From: Basidiobolus meristosporus CBS 931.73
Lineage: Eukaryota; Fungi; Basidiobolomycota
Assembly (NCBI GenBank): GCA_002104905.1
Contig: MCFE01000525.1
Location: forward strand, 1-61,995
Reading direction: 5' to 3'
DNA: 61,995 nucleotides
The position numbers were made by a program, and so were the translations under genes. The notes under the pieces were generated by a model that was not told the DNA's origin, did not search any database, and saw only the letters and a program-made list of their open reading frames with translations. This document shows, one piece after another, positions 52,127 through 61,995 of this stretch (the first letter of the stretch is position 1; each line of letters starts with the position of its first letter).

Positions 52127-53169
52127 TCAGGCCCGCTTGATGGCCTCAATCAAGGTCGTCATCATGGCGTTCTGAACCATGACCACTTTTCTAATCTCCG
52201 CCTGCTTGAATTGCTCCCGCTCTCCCCGGCGTCTCTCTTTGTCCGCGATCGCATCGAGCCTCTCCTGGCGCTTTCTCTTACGCAAACGCCGCTCGCTCTC
52301 CAGATGCTTCTCCTCCTCATCATCACGGCGAATCAGGTATTGGACGACGTAACACAACTGCTCGACCATTTTCCCCCGCTTGGGATGGTTTTCGTAGGCC
52401 TCTTCGTCGGCCTCCCTCGTGCCCCCTCGCTGGTGGCTATGGGAGCTCGACCTGCGCAGGAGGGGGGAGTTGAATTTGGCCAGGGGGTCGTGGGAGCCAT
52501 CGGGGTGGGACACCTCGCCCGAAATCAGCCGCTTGAGCTCATGGAAATAATCGAAGCTATCGATCGCATCCGGGTCCTCCACACCGTTCACGAAACAGGA
52601 CTACAGGAAGAATGAAGCGTGAGTAAGCGATGCAACACGTCGGCGCCCCCGATAGACCGACTTACTTTGTATTTGGCCATCAGCACCCGGACCCGGCTTT
52701 TGCATTGGGCGGCGTTCCGGTCAAACCCGCTCGAACGGAGCTCTTGCGCCATCTTGTCCCACACGTTGGAATTCCTCTTGTACTTCTTGAGCTCGTCGTG
52801 GTACTTCTCCCACAGTTTCAGCAGGATCTTCGTCTCCGTGTGCTGCCAGTTCTCCGAACGCTCGCGCTTTAGCGAGCCTGGATGCTCCGGCTCTTGTCTC
52901 CCAGGGGCCTGGGTGGGGAGCTCGGTCTGTGGTGAGTGATACTCTACTGTGGAGGCGGGGGTGAGTGAGAAGTTGGCCTTGTCGGGCATTCCGGCCTGGC
53001 TCAGCTCGGGGTTGACGGGGAATTCAGGGGAGTCGCCGATCTGAAGGGCGTGCTCGGGGAATCCGACGGGCTCGTTGAAAGAGCTGGAGAGAGAGGTGAA
53101 ATGAGAGGGAATCTCTTCCTGGCCGATAGCGGACGACACCACCAGGTTGTTAGTATCAAACGAGTCCAT
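52127..53169 (-). CDS. Myb/SANT-like trihelix (GT-1/MSANTD-like) DNA-binding protein, ~325 aa, intron 52601-52665
   Basis: WQHTETKILLKLW...VWDKMAQELRSSGFDRNAAQCKSRVRVL..KYK, downstream FDYFHEL, and a C-terminal charged coiled coil. Confidence 0.82.
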
Positions 53170-53523
53170 TCAACCAGGATTGTTGGTTAAGTGTTGGTTA
53201 AAATAATCCCAAAGATTTTCATAAAAAAAAGGAAGGGAAAAATTTGTCGCATTGGGGGATAGTGCGGTATCTTGATAACTTATGCTCACCTTGGCCATTG
53301 GCCAATCCGACCCCATTGGTTTACACATAATTGACGGAACAGGTACAGCGACGATAAGTACGGTGATACATGGTCATTTATTCATGGATCCACTAACTAA
53401 AGGGGGTGGGTAAGGCAAATAGCCCGTTCGTCGCAAACAAATACACAAATTATCGATGGGTGCATTTTCTATTACAGGTAGGTGGGAAGTATTCGTACGC
53501 TGGAGCGATTTGCCACCGTGCCA

Positions 53524-54468
53524 CTAATAGTCCACATTTTGGAAGCGCTTGTTCACCAGGACAAGAGGGATCTCCCCCTCCTTGCTATCACCGGATAGCT
53601 TGTGGCCCCCCGGGTTGCCAAACCGCTCCTGGTAGTAGTTGGCTGGGCTGGCCGGGCCACACTCGTGGTGACTGTGATGCGAGATATGATCTCTTGGGAT
53701 GTCTGCCGAGTGAGGCGTGCTGCTCCACTGTCCAGTCGATCCCCGCAGCCTGGTTAGGAAGTATGGCAGACATACCATCACAATGTTGATCGTCAGGTCG
53801 ATCATAGAGAGCATCGGTGCGTACTGCTCCAGCGGAGTGATTAGTGAGATGTTGAAAAACATGTTGAAGAGGATGGCTATGGTGTTAGTGATAAACAGGT
53901 TCCGAGCAACAAACATGAGCCGGGAATTCTGGTCCCCCTTGGTCTTCAGGGACTGCTGTACGAAGGGGGTTAAGAACATCACCATCATGTAGGCGGCAAC
54001 AATGAATGCGGTGATGAGTGGGAGAAGGGAGGAAACCCGAGGATGGGTCACGATGCATGAATTGTCGGGCGCGATACTGGTCTCGTTTAGGATGATACTC
54101 AGGGGAATGCCGGCGGCGTAGACTACGGTAGTGAGGGCTGGAAACAGCAACGACCAGGAACCACCGTAGACCTCTCTGTATCTGGCCATATAATAGATAA
54201 ACTGAAGCGTATTACTTCCATGGTAGAAGAAGACCGAGAGATTCTCGGCAATGATACAATTGTCATCGTGGGAGCCGTTCATCTGAACAATCTTCACCTG
54301 GGCATACACGGAGTTGAAGAAGGCCACCAGGTAGAGGATGCGGTGGGAGATGATTCCGTCGGTGCGCCAGCCGCGGATCAGGGCAAAATTAATAATAACA
54401 ACCAATGTCAGCCCAAAGCATAGTCCAACCACATAATGGGCTACAAGGATAAAGGCAGAGGTGGCCAT
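53524..54468 (-). CDS. Orphan seven-transmembrane (GPCR-like) protein, 314 aa, intronless
   Basis: Seven hydrophobic segments by eye, Cys at the top of TM3 (DNCII) and in ECL2 (NSCIV), ARY at the cytosolic end of TM3, and a polar C-tail. Confidence 0.7.
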   Translation of the reverse strand: MATSAFILVAHYVVGLCFGLTLVVIINFALIRGWRTDGIISHRILYLVAFFNSVYAQVKIVQMNGSHDDNCIIAENLSVFFYHGSNTLQFIYYMARYREVYGGSWSLLFPALTTVVYAAGIPLSIILNETSIAPDNSCIVTHPRVSSLLPLITAFIVAAYMMVMFLTPFVQQSLKTKGDQNSRLMFVARNLFITNTIAILFNMFFNISLITPLEQYAPMLSMIDLTINIVMVCLPYFLTRLRGSTGQWSSTPHSADIPRDHISHHSHHECGPASPANYYQERFGNPGGHKLSGDSKEGEIPLVLVNKRFQNVDY

Positions 54469-55139
54469 GTATTACCACTGGAGGCCTCGACGTGAGAAAT
54501 CGAAAGATTGAGGGGGAGACGGGGCAAACGCGTGTATATAAGCATCCTGGAGTAGCACCAGAGTAAAGGGTCAATCAACCAGTTTTTTGATTAGCCCAGC
54601 GTCGCAGGTTCTACAATCTAGATATTGCAACTGTCAAAGGATCAAATATAGTGGCGGATTCGGGAGCTTATTGGCTTGCGATTAGTCTTACATATTGGTG
54701 GAACCTCATTTGATATTGCACGTTGTTGTAGCACGCTGGGGCCTCATTGCCGTAGTACCTGAAGCCCTTCTTAGGCCCAGTGAGAATCGGAGAAAAGGAC
54801 ACCAGAAATACTAGTTACGCAGATGGCGTAGACCAGAAACTGAGCTGAATCATATATAAGGGTTAGGATACGGAGTTTCTGGCTTTTCAGGCTTTTCAGG
54901 TTTTCCATAATCAATACCAGTTTTTTCTTTTGATCCCGGGATTCAAATGTTGATAAATTCGGTTAGTTCCATCAGCTGCACTTACAGGCGAAGATCAACA
55001 TACATGACTCTTGTTGGTTCACAGACCAGTATTCCTCGAAAATTATCCCAGGTACTTCTCAAAGATTATCACTGGCATTTCTCAGGGATTATCACTAACC
55101 ACTTGAGCTTTTCCGAGGGTTCCTCAACATACACCTGAT

Positions 55140-55214
55140 TGTGTGAAGATTACTCAGCTTACGCTTAGTTGTGTGAAGATTACTCAGCTTACGCCTAGTT
55201 GTGTGAAGATTACT
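55140..55214 (+). repeat. 30-bp tandem repeat, 2.5 copies
   Basis: TGTGTGAAGATTACTCAGCTTACGC(T/C)TAGT x2, plus TGTGTGAAGATTACT. Confidence 0.92.
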
Positions 55215-55403
55215 TGTGTTGCAATTGCTCGGATTTTATTTGTATTTACTTGAAGGCTGTCGAGATATATATGTTTGAAATGACTATTTTGTGATCACCC
55301 TTGTATCCACCCGGTTGCATCTGGTTGCCGAAAAAAGGTGGTTGGTTTCTTATTCAATGTTACATTACATACTCGGGGTTTAATATCTTGGCCACCGATT
55401 ACC

Positions 55404-56451
55404 TCAGAACAGAGCTCCATAGGCCAGCATTCCAACCGCCATGGAGGCCAAGAAAACCAACGGGCCTGCTGCCCCGGATGCCACTGCACCCACTATAGCG
55501 GGCCCAGGGCACACTCCGGCAAGCCCCCAGCCAACGCCAAAGATGGACGCACCGGTGATAAGCTTCTGGTCGATAACTGTGGAGGTGGGGATTTCGAACT
55601 GGGGAGCAAGCGCAGGCTTGGCCGCTTGTTTCACCGATTTCTGGTACAGGATGCCGTAAGGGATCAGTCCGCCGAGGGCAACAAATGCAAGCGATGGATC
55701 CCAGCTGGGGGACAGGATTCTCAAGAAGTTGAGCACCTTGGCGGGATCGGACATCCCAGAAATAGATAACCCTAAAGAGAAGAAAAATCCCGAAAGCAGG
55801 GCAGTAATGTGTCGAGCATTAACAGACTCGATGGCGTTCTGGTCGGCGAGTTTACGAACCATGCGATATGCTAGGATGGCCAAATATGGAAGCCCCAACA
55901 GCCCAACTGCTGCAGGGATTGAGGGTAGCTGAAGTGCAGTTGAGCCTTCGGCCAGGGTGTCTGGATAAAGTTTGTTCATGAGGTTGGCCGTGATAAGCCC
56001 TGTGGAGAAGAAAGTCGCAGTGGCAACAATCGAGCGTGGGGAGAGTCGAGACACACCACAAATCATGTGTCCGCTTGTGCATCCGGAGCCTAGCTATAGG
56101 TTCATACAAGGGAGAGAAAGGTCACAGTTAGAGCGCTGATTCTCAAGTACGGCCCAACTTCAATTCGCTACTTACTCGACTGCCAAAGCCTACTAGGAGT
56201 CCGCCAATGATGGGGATCACTTCGCTTGGCTGCACGAACGCTGGTGGTGCAGGGCCGAACAATCTAACCAAGATGGCAGAGGACGCCATTCCGGACAAGA
56301 AATAGATCCGCCAAACGCCCTCTTCGCCACCCTTCACACTACCGGCGAAAATACCACTAGCCCCCATGATGCGGCCGTTGCAAGTGAGTAGCTGGTATGC
56401 CGCAGTGCTCAGCAACAATCCGCCAGCGAGCGATTCTACAGGTGTGAACAT
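55404..56451 (-). CDS. YeeE/YedE-family (thiosulfate/sulfur transport) membrane protein, ~321 aa, intron 56094-56175
   Basis: [14 protein letters not shown]...[10 protein letters not shown]; spliced [29 protein letters not shown]; [23 protein letters not shown]; [15 protein letters not shown]. Confidence 0.9.
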
Positions 56452-56681
56452 TTTTATGGTTTTCGTTGAGATGGGTGGAGTTGAAACGTTTGAAGCCTTC
56501 CACAAAACTATAAATATTATTCTCGATGGGCCAGAGAATGTTCGCGGCGTGACTGCATCTGGTCGCAACAAATTTGCAACGCGGCTAATTCGAGTCATTG
56601 AAGGCCATTACTAATCAACTTTCGCCAATTCATTCAGCAATATTGCCTTATGCAAACATCGCTATTCAAGTATCAAGATAA

Positions 56682-58049
56682 ATGAAGCTAGTTCGGATAA
56701 TGGATTTCCCTGAGGTGCATCATCCTTCCCATATACGGCGGTTTTGGTCGCCAATGGGGTACATTGCTGCAACCACTACCATAATAGTCCACGTGTTACG
56801 ACCTTTACTTCCACCTCATGGCTATTCGCACTCCTACGCACATGGAACTTCCTTATCTGTGCTTAGTGTTTATATTACAAATGCTGTACAAGGACCGGAG
56901 AATACGGAACGTGGCTTTGGAATGAAATATCTTAGCTTTCGTAACCTTGTCACGCTCGTTGCCCTCCAACTTGCCCATTGCGCACACCTTTCCAGCCAAG
57001 TGCAGAAACGATCATAGCCTGGGACTTATGCCTACATGCGTATATCAGGCATGGGACGGTGGAATGGTGTATCCAAAGATTTAGCGTTCCTGGTAATCGA
57101 AGCTTAGGTACTACCAGCATTCATGAGTACACGGGTCATAGAAATCCTGGTGCCTTGGATACAAATCGAATGGTGCTCAATTTGACTTATCAGTCATGCT
57201 TACTGCGTTTTTAATCTTTGTAAACTTCGCATGTAACTTCAGCACTTCTTGACATCTTATCCCATACTAGAAGGGTCACTGAGTGGAACTGTCATTTTTC
57301 AACTACTTCGTATACATGGATTAAGTGATATTTTAATATTGCCTGGAAAGTTTAACCAAATACTCCAATCTACGGGGCACAGGTTGAGTGATGGGTTATT
57401 GCTGCTTCGGTTGATAAAGCGCTTGGTCAACAAGTTGGGTAGCGCATTGACAGTGTCCGATGATTGTAGCTTGGAAATATCAAGCCCATGTAGCCCCATC
57501 AGTAAAACATACAATACAACAGTCATAATTGGTTATTTGCTATGCAATCATCTCCAGCCAACAACAATAGCATTAGTTGACAATCGCAATTTATTTGCCT
57601 ACAAATGAGCTTATGCAAGGCTTCAACCTTTCATCAATCAAACTAAGAGACAAGTGCGTTGATTCAACTGTCAGTGGTATAAGTATAGGCTCCGTCATGA
57701 GCGGCAGAGTAGGGTGCGTCAAGGTAAGTCAGTCTGTCCAACATTCAGGTTCATCGGGCTAAATTGGCCTATTTTATAACACGTAGATCTTACAATGGCA
57801 AACTACCCTTTCAGCCGAGAATTCACTGATGAGGCCTTGGACAATAATGGACACAAGAGCTACTCCGAAAATGGAATGACCTTCTGTGTTGCAAGAGACA
57901 CAGGGACAACTCCAGAATACCACTACTCCTGGGGGAAGCTCGAAGAAAAGTTCAGAAATCGGCAGAACCTTAAGGGATACATCATGTCAAGTGGAGCTTT
58001 ACTATCTGGTGAGACTAAGAGACACACTACGCTCAGTTCAGATATGTGA
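56682..58049 (+). pseudogene. Possible decayed spliced gene of unknown function
   Basis: Track ORFs 56682-57017 and 57249-57608 share a frame with about 6 stops over ~347 codons. Donor AG|GTAAGT at ~57723 and acceptor CACGTAG at ~57788 join in frame to ORF 57795-58049. No recognisable domain. Confidence 0.3.
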
Positions 58050-59159
58050 ACGTGAATAAACAGTTTCTATATTGAAAGATGTCGGTTGTCCAAAGTAGGT
58101 TTATTGAGTATCTAAGAAAGCAACCAGTATTGTGCACATATACACTTGTAACCTGTACGCAAATCAATTTTAGCGTATTTTTAGCATATTTCAACATATT
58201 TTAGGGTGGATATTATGTCTAATTCCTGGCCACTGCAGTTGACAGGTAAAACATGCACCGTCACTGATGTCCAATTAGCAGTGGAGCGCTCTACTGGTTT
58301 GCTCTACTGTTTACAACCATGGGGGAATTGCTTCATTGGTACTAAACAGCTATGCGAAAATTGCTAACAAATACTACATGCGCACAGACCTAATCAGCAC
58401 TATCAACGTCATAACACTCAAGAGCAATGACCAACAACAGACAAATATATGCGTAGGTACTGTGTTTACTGAACAGCTTGGGGTTAGGGCGATAAGCATG
58501 GGCGATAAGCATAATGGATATTCTTAGCGTCATAATACCGTAGTGTTGAGTCACCGTCTGGGCGGAATAGATGTAAAGCAGCAGTTGTGGACTTGTCTGT
58601 CTTAAGACTTATTGCACTCCACTCCCTCAGCCATGGTATCCGATCAAGAAGCCTGTTTGTATTCTGCTGATGTCAGAGAAGAAATTGCCAGAGCTAATAA
58701 CGGGAACTACGCCTCAGTCACAGTCAAAGGGATTTGCTGGACTTAGAGAGGACCCGGAACTGGCGAGCTGTCCTACAAGCAGATCCTTGAAGGGAGAAAG
58801 GGGAACGCCTGCGTGGATAGCCAGACATGGGTAATCTTGTAGGGTTCGGTTGGTGCTTGCGTAGCCGGTGGACTCTTGGAGATGTTACTGATAAGGATAT
58901 TTAGCTGAAGCATTGTGAAATAAATTCATCCAAATCCGCATTCCTTTGACCTAGCTGTATTATGCTCATTGCACTGTGAGCATCTAACATATGTGTGAAT
59001 TGCTACTTTGATTGTCCAAGTGTAGCGTGAAACCAGAGTTTTGCCCGACCATGCTTTTGATCAGATATTGTGTACAACTGCATCCTAAATAACCTTGAGA
59101 CCATGAAGCAGAACACCACTTTGAGTCTGTAACAGCTATGTAAGTGCCAAAGAAACCAA

Positions 59160-59290
59160 CAAAACACAGTGACTACCTGGCATGTGGATGTAGAACTATG
59201 TTACACACTCTGTGGCCAACTATAGGTCTGCTGTGCCCCTCTGGCTCACTATGGCACTAGTTGGCACTCATGGTTCAATGTGGCGCTATC
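59160..59290. repeat. Unclassified dispersed repeat (copy 2)
   Basis: Homologous to 19850-20000 in the same orientation. Confidence 0.6.
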
Positions 59291-59674
59291 CAATGGAATA
59301 AGTCTATTATATGGTTCTATTGGTTTGGCTAAACTTACAGCTTTCAGTATCTCAGGTTCTATTGTTTTTACAGACAAGGATAAATATTTTCTAGGAGGTG
59401 AACAGGGTGAATAATCATTCCACAAGATTTGGTAATATGCTATTGTGACATTCTCACTTGGCAGGTGTGGGACAAGTATTACTGTTGGAAGCACTAACCT
59501 AAGGTTGATGATTCTGTAAACAGAATAGGAAATTTTAAAGGCGCCTCAATTATACCTTTTTCGAATAACTGTCACACAGATACAACATGCTTTACAATAC
59601 ACTTGAAAGAAAACGATGCAATATCTAAGAGAGTGTTATTGTAGGGATATGTAGATTTCAAGAGTCAATGGCAA

Positions 59675-60420
59675 CTACTTCAACGAGTATTCTTGGCGTA
59701 ATTTACCTCTTAAAAGCTTGCCCAAGGTATTTTTAGTTGCTGTACATTTTGATAGACGTGCAGTGCTTGTGTGCAGAACGGGATTTTCTCTTGGACAGTT
59801 TTTCTTCAGATACCGGGAACGAAAACAGATATGTTGAACAAATGATTTCCAAAACAGTTGGAATGTTTGTACTTCAGGACGCCTACACTGGATAATATGT
59901 CTGTTACACGGGATAATATACAACAAAGGATAATAAGCCTGCTACACGGGATAAGCTACTATTTTGGGTTTATTTCCCAATTTGTCCAAGTTGTGAACAC
60001 GATTGAAAATCCATTTTATACTCCGAATACGTGGTAAATGAAGATCAGCAACTCAACCGCAGATTTTGATAAACTATTAAAATTCCAGATAGTCGGCCAA
60101 ACAATAACAAGCAGCAAAATGTCGATGGATCCTGCCATACAAACTCCATCACAATCGAACAAACATACATTTACCTAGATTCCTTGATAAATCTGGCAAA
60201 GTTGTGTACATCAGGGTCACCAAGGATCAATCTCTAAGTGGGTGTTGTGAAGTGTCAGGAGTAGCCTTGTTCTAAAGTGAAGAACTCTGATGGAATAAGG
60301 AAAGCGCCCAAATGCATTAAGGACAGCATGTCTGTATGGTGAGGCAGGCACATCTGGAGCCATAGAGTAGAGGCAATACACTGCGAACTTGACCAACCTG
60401 GTATAGTCACTTTTAGACTA
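59675..60420 (-). pseudogene. Possible decayed intron-containing gene of unknown function
   Basis: Minus strand: exon RLILGDPDVHNFARFIKES bounded by CTTAG and GTAAAT, then a 43-nt GT-AG intron, then a frame RIHRHFAACYCLADYLEF** with scattered stops running into ORF 59675-59926. Confidence 0.3.
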
Positions 60421-60512
60421 AGGGTCAAGTTTGTAGTATCCGTATTAAGCCAACTTTTGTATTTAAAGAAATAAGGAAAGTATCAAGGAAGTTATGAGTT
60501 ATTGGCAAATCA

Positions 60513-60628
60513 TTAGTGATTGATTTACAATGCACCAAGATCATTTTTGGTTAGTGATTGATTTACAATGCATCAAGATCATTTTTGGTTAGTGATTGAT
60601 TTACAATACACTGAGATCATTTTTGGTT
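60513..60628 (+). repeat. 38-bp tandem repeat, 3 copies
   Basis: TTAGTGATTGATTTACAAT(G/A)CA(CCA/TCA/CTG)AGATCATTTTTGG x3, head-to-tail with no spacers. Confidence 0.93.
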
Positions 60629-60897
60629 ACCTAAGAGAAATCCAAGGCGTAGAGAAACCAAAAGTGGATGCTTACCTAAATGGGGTCAGACACCTGAATA
60701 GGGAGCTGCTGTTGATATAATGCCTATCTGGAGATGACCACCCTAGAGGACACCCTAACATTGCGACGATAATGCATTCTAAAAATCAACGGTAATCCAT
60801 TGTAGATATACCAAATTGCCTCAGATTATTAAGCGGTCCTTCATATAAATTGTCCCTGTCAGCATCATATACATCAGGACGATTGAAACAAGCAGAT

Positions 60898-61995
60898 ATG
60901 AGATACGTAATTATTGGAGGTGTAGCCGGTGGAGCCACAGCAGCCGCCCGGTTGAGAAGAGCAGATGAGTTGGCCGAAATCATTCTATTGGAGAAGGGGC
61001 CCCATATCTCTTACGCCAACTGTGGTTTGCCGTATTATATAGGCGGTGTCATTGTCGATCGTGCTAAGCTGCTGTTGCAGACCCCGGAATCGTTCGGCAA
61101 GCGTTTCCGTATTGACGTGCGGATACAGAGTGAGGTAACCGGCATTCATCCAGCGAATAAAACCCTGACAATCCGTAAGGCAAGCGGGGAAGAATACACA
61201 GAGAGCTATGACAAGCTTTTGTTGTCTCCTGGTGCCAATCCCGTCAAACCACCTTTGGATGGTATCAACTCGGAAGGTATCTTTACGTTACGCAATGTGG
61301 AAGATACGGACCATATCAAGGCCTATATCGCTGAGAAGCAGGTGAAGCGCGCCGTCGTTGTAGGAGCAGGATTTATCGGACTCGAGATGGCAGAGAGCTT
61401 ACATCGTGCCGGTGTGGCCATTTCCGTAGTAGAGATGGGCAATCAAGTTATGGCACCTATTGACTTTTCTATGGCTGCGTATATTCATCAACACTTGACT
61501 CAAAAAGGGGTATCTCTTTACCTTGAAGAAAGTGTGACGCACTTTCATCGCACAGAGAGCGGCCTGATCGTTTTCCTAAAGAGTGGGAATGCTATTCCGG
61601 CCGATATGGTGTTATTATCTATCGGCGTGCGTCCATCAACAGAATTGGCGCAGCAAGCAGGCTTGAGGTTAGGAGAGACGGGTGGCATCTGGGTGGATGA
61701 GCACTTGGAAACATCCCAAAAGGATATCTATGCAGTGGGTGATGCCATTGAATATCCCCATCCGTTGACCAAGAAGCCGTGGCTCAATTACCTTGCCAAT
61801 CCTGCCAATCGCCAAGGTCGAATTGTGGCTGATAACATGGTATTTGGTAATACTGTCTCTTATGAGGGAGCAATCGGCACTTCAATTGCCAAGGTATTCG
61901 ACATGACCGTGGCATCTACGGGACTTGCAGCCAAGCGTCTGAAGCAACTGGGTATGGAATACCAGAGCTCAGTAACTCACTCCTCCTCCCATGCT
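60898..61995 (+). CDS. Bacterial-type CoA-disulfide/CoA-persulfide reductase (FAD-dependent pyridine nucleotide-disulfide oxidoreductase), 3' end outside the window
   Basis: Manual translation gives 366 open codons: MRYVIIGGVAGGATAAARLRRADE..., redox motif SYANCGLPYY, YDKLLLSPGA, NAD(P)H motif VVVGAGFIGLEMAE, second FAD motif TSQKDIYAVGDA, LANPANRQGR. No introns. Absent from the ORF track, presumably because it has no stop inside the window. Confidence 0.95.
   Translation, partial: MRYVIIGGVAGGATAAARLRRADELAEIILLEKGPHISYANCGLPYYIGGVIVDRAKLLLQTPESFGKRFRIDVRIQSEVTGIHPANKTLTIRKASGEEYTESYDKLLLSPGANPVKPPLDGINSEGIFTLRNVEDTDHIKAYIAEKQVKRAVVVGAGFIGLEMAESLHRAGVAISVVEMGNQVMAPIDFSMAAYIHQHLTQKGVSLYLEESVTHFHRTESGLIVFLKSGNAIPADMVLLSIGVRPSTELAQQAGLRLGETGGIWVDEHLETSQKDIYAVGDAIEYPHPLTKKPWLNYLANPANRQGRIVADNMVFGNTVSYEGAIGTSIAKVFDMTVASTGLAAKRLKQLGMEYQSSVTHSSSHA

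Noticed and set aside
55140-55214. 30-bp repeats as a CRISPR array
   Set aside because: No spacers; eukaryotic intergenic context.
60135-60170. Minus-strand LFDCDGV resembling HAD motif I
   Set aside because: Falls in a predicted intron and a different frame, with no other HAD motifs.
60513-60628. 38-bp repeats as a CRISPR array next to a bacterial-type gene
   Set aside because: The units are head-to-tail with no unique spacers and there are no cas genes.
60786-60983. Minus-strand 65-aa ORF
   Set aside because: Antisense to the start of the reductase ORF.

Overview
This is eukaryotic, intron-containing DNA that looks fungal. An early-diverging (non-Dikarya) fungus is inferred from the cobalamin adenosyltransferase, FUBP-like and MRCK/ROCK-like genes. 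The window has three compartments. (1) ~1-23.66 kb is a CpG-depleted graveyard of nested LTR retrotransposons: one nearly intact but pseudogenised Ty3/gypsy element, several Ty1/copia remnants, two LTR families and a solo LTR. (2) ~24.5-56.5 kb is a dense CpG-rich gene block: GLT1, PMT2-type mannosyltransferase, MMAB/PduO-type adenosyltransferase, FUBP/KSRP-like KH protein, MRCK/ROCK/citron-like kinase ending in a CaaX motif, NUP133, RCHY1-like E3 ligase with an in-frame TAG, a FAR1-domain gene, a trihelix gene, an orphan 7TM protein and a YeeE/YedE sulfur transporter. (3) ~56.6-60.9 kb is decayed sequence, followed by an intact, intronless, bacterial-type CoA-disulfide/persulfide reductase ORF (60898 to window end). 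The supplied ORF track misses this ORF. Horizontal transfer versus chimeric assembly or contamination cannot be decided from the sequence alone. Coordinates of degenerate repeats are approximate and were read by eye.
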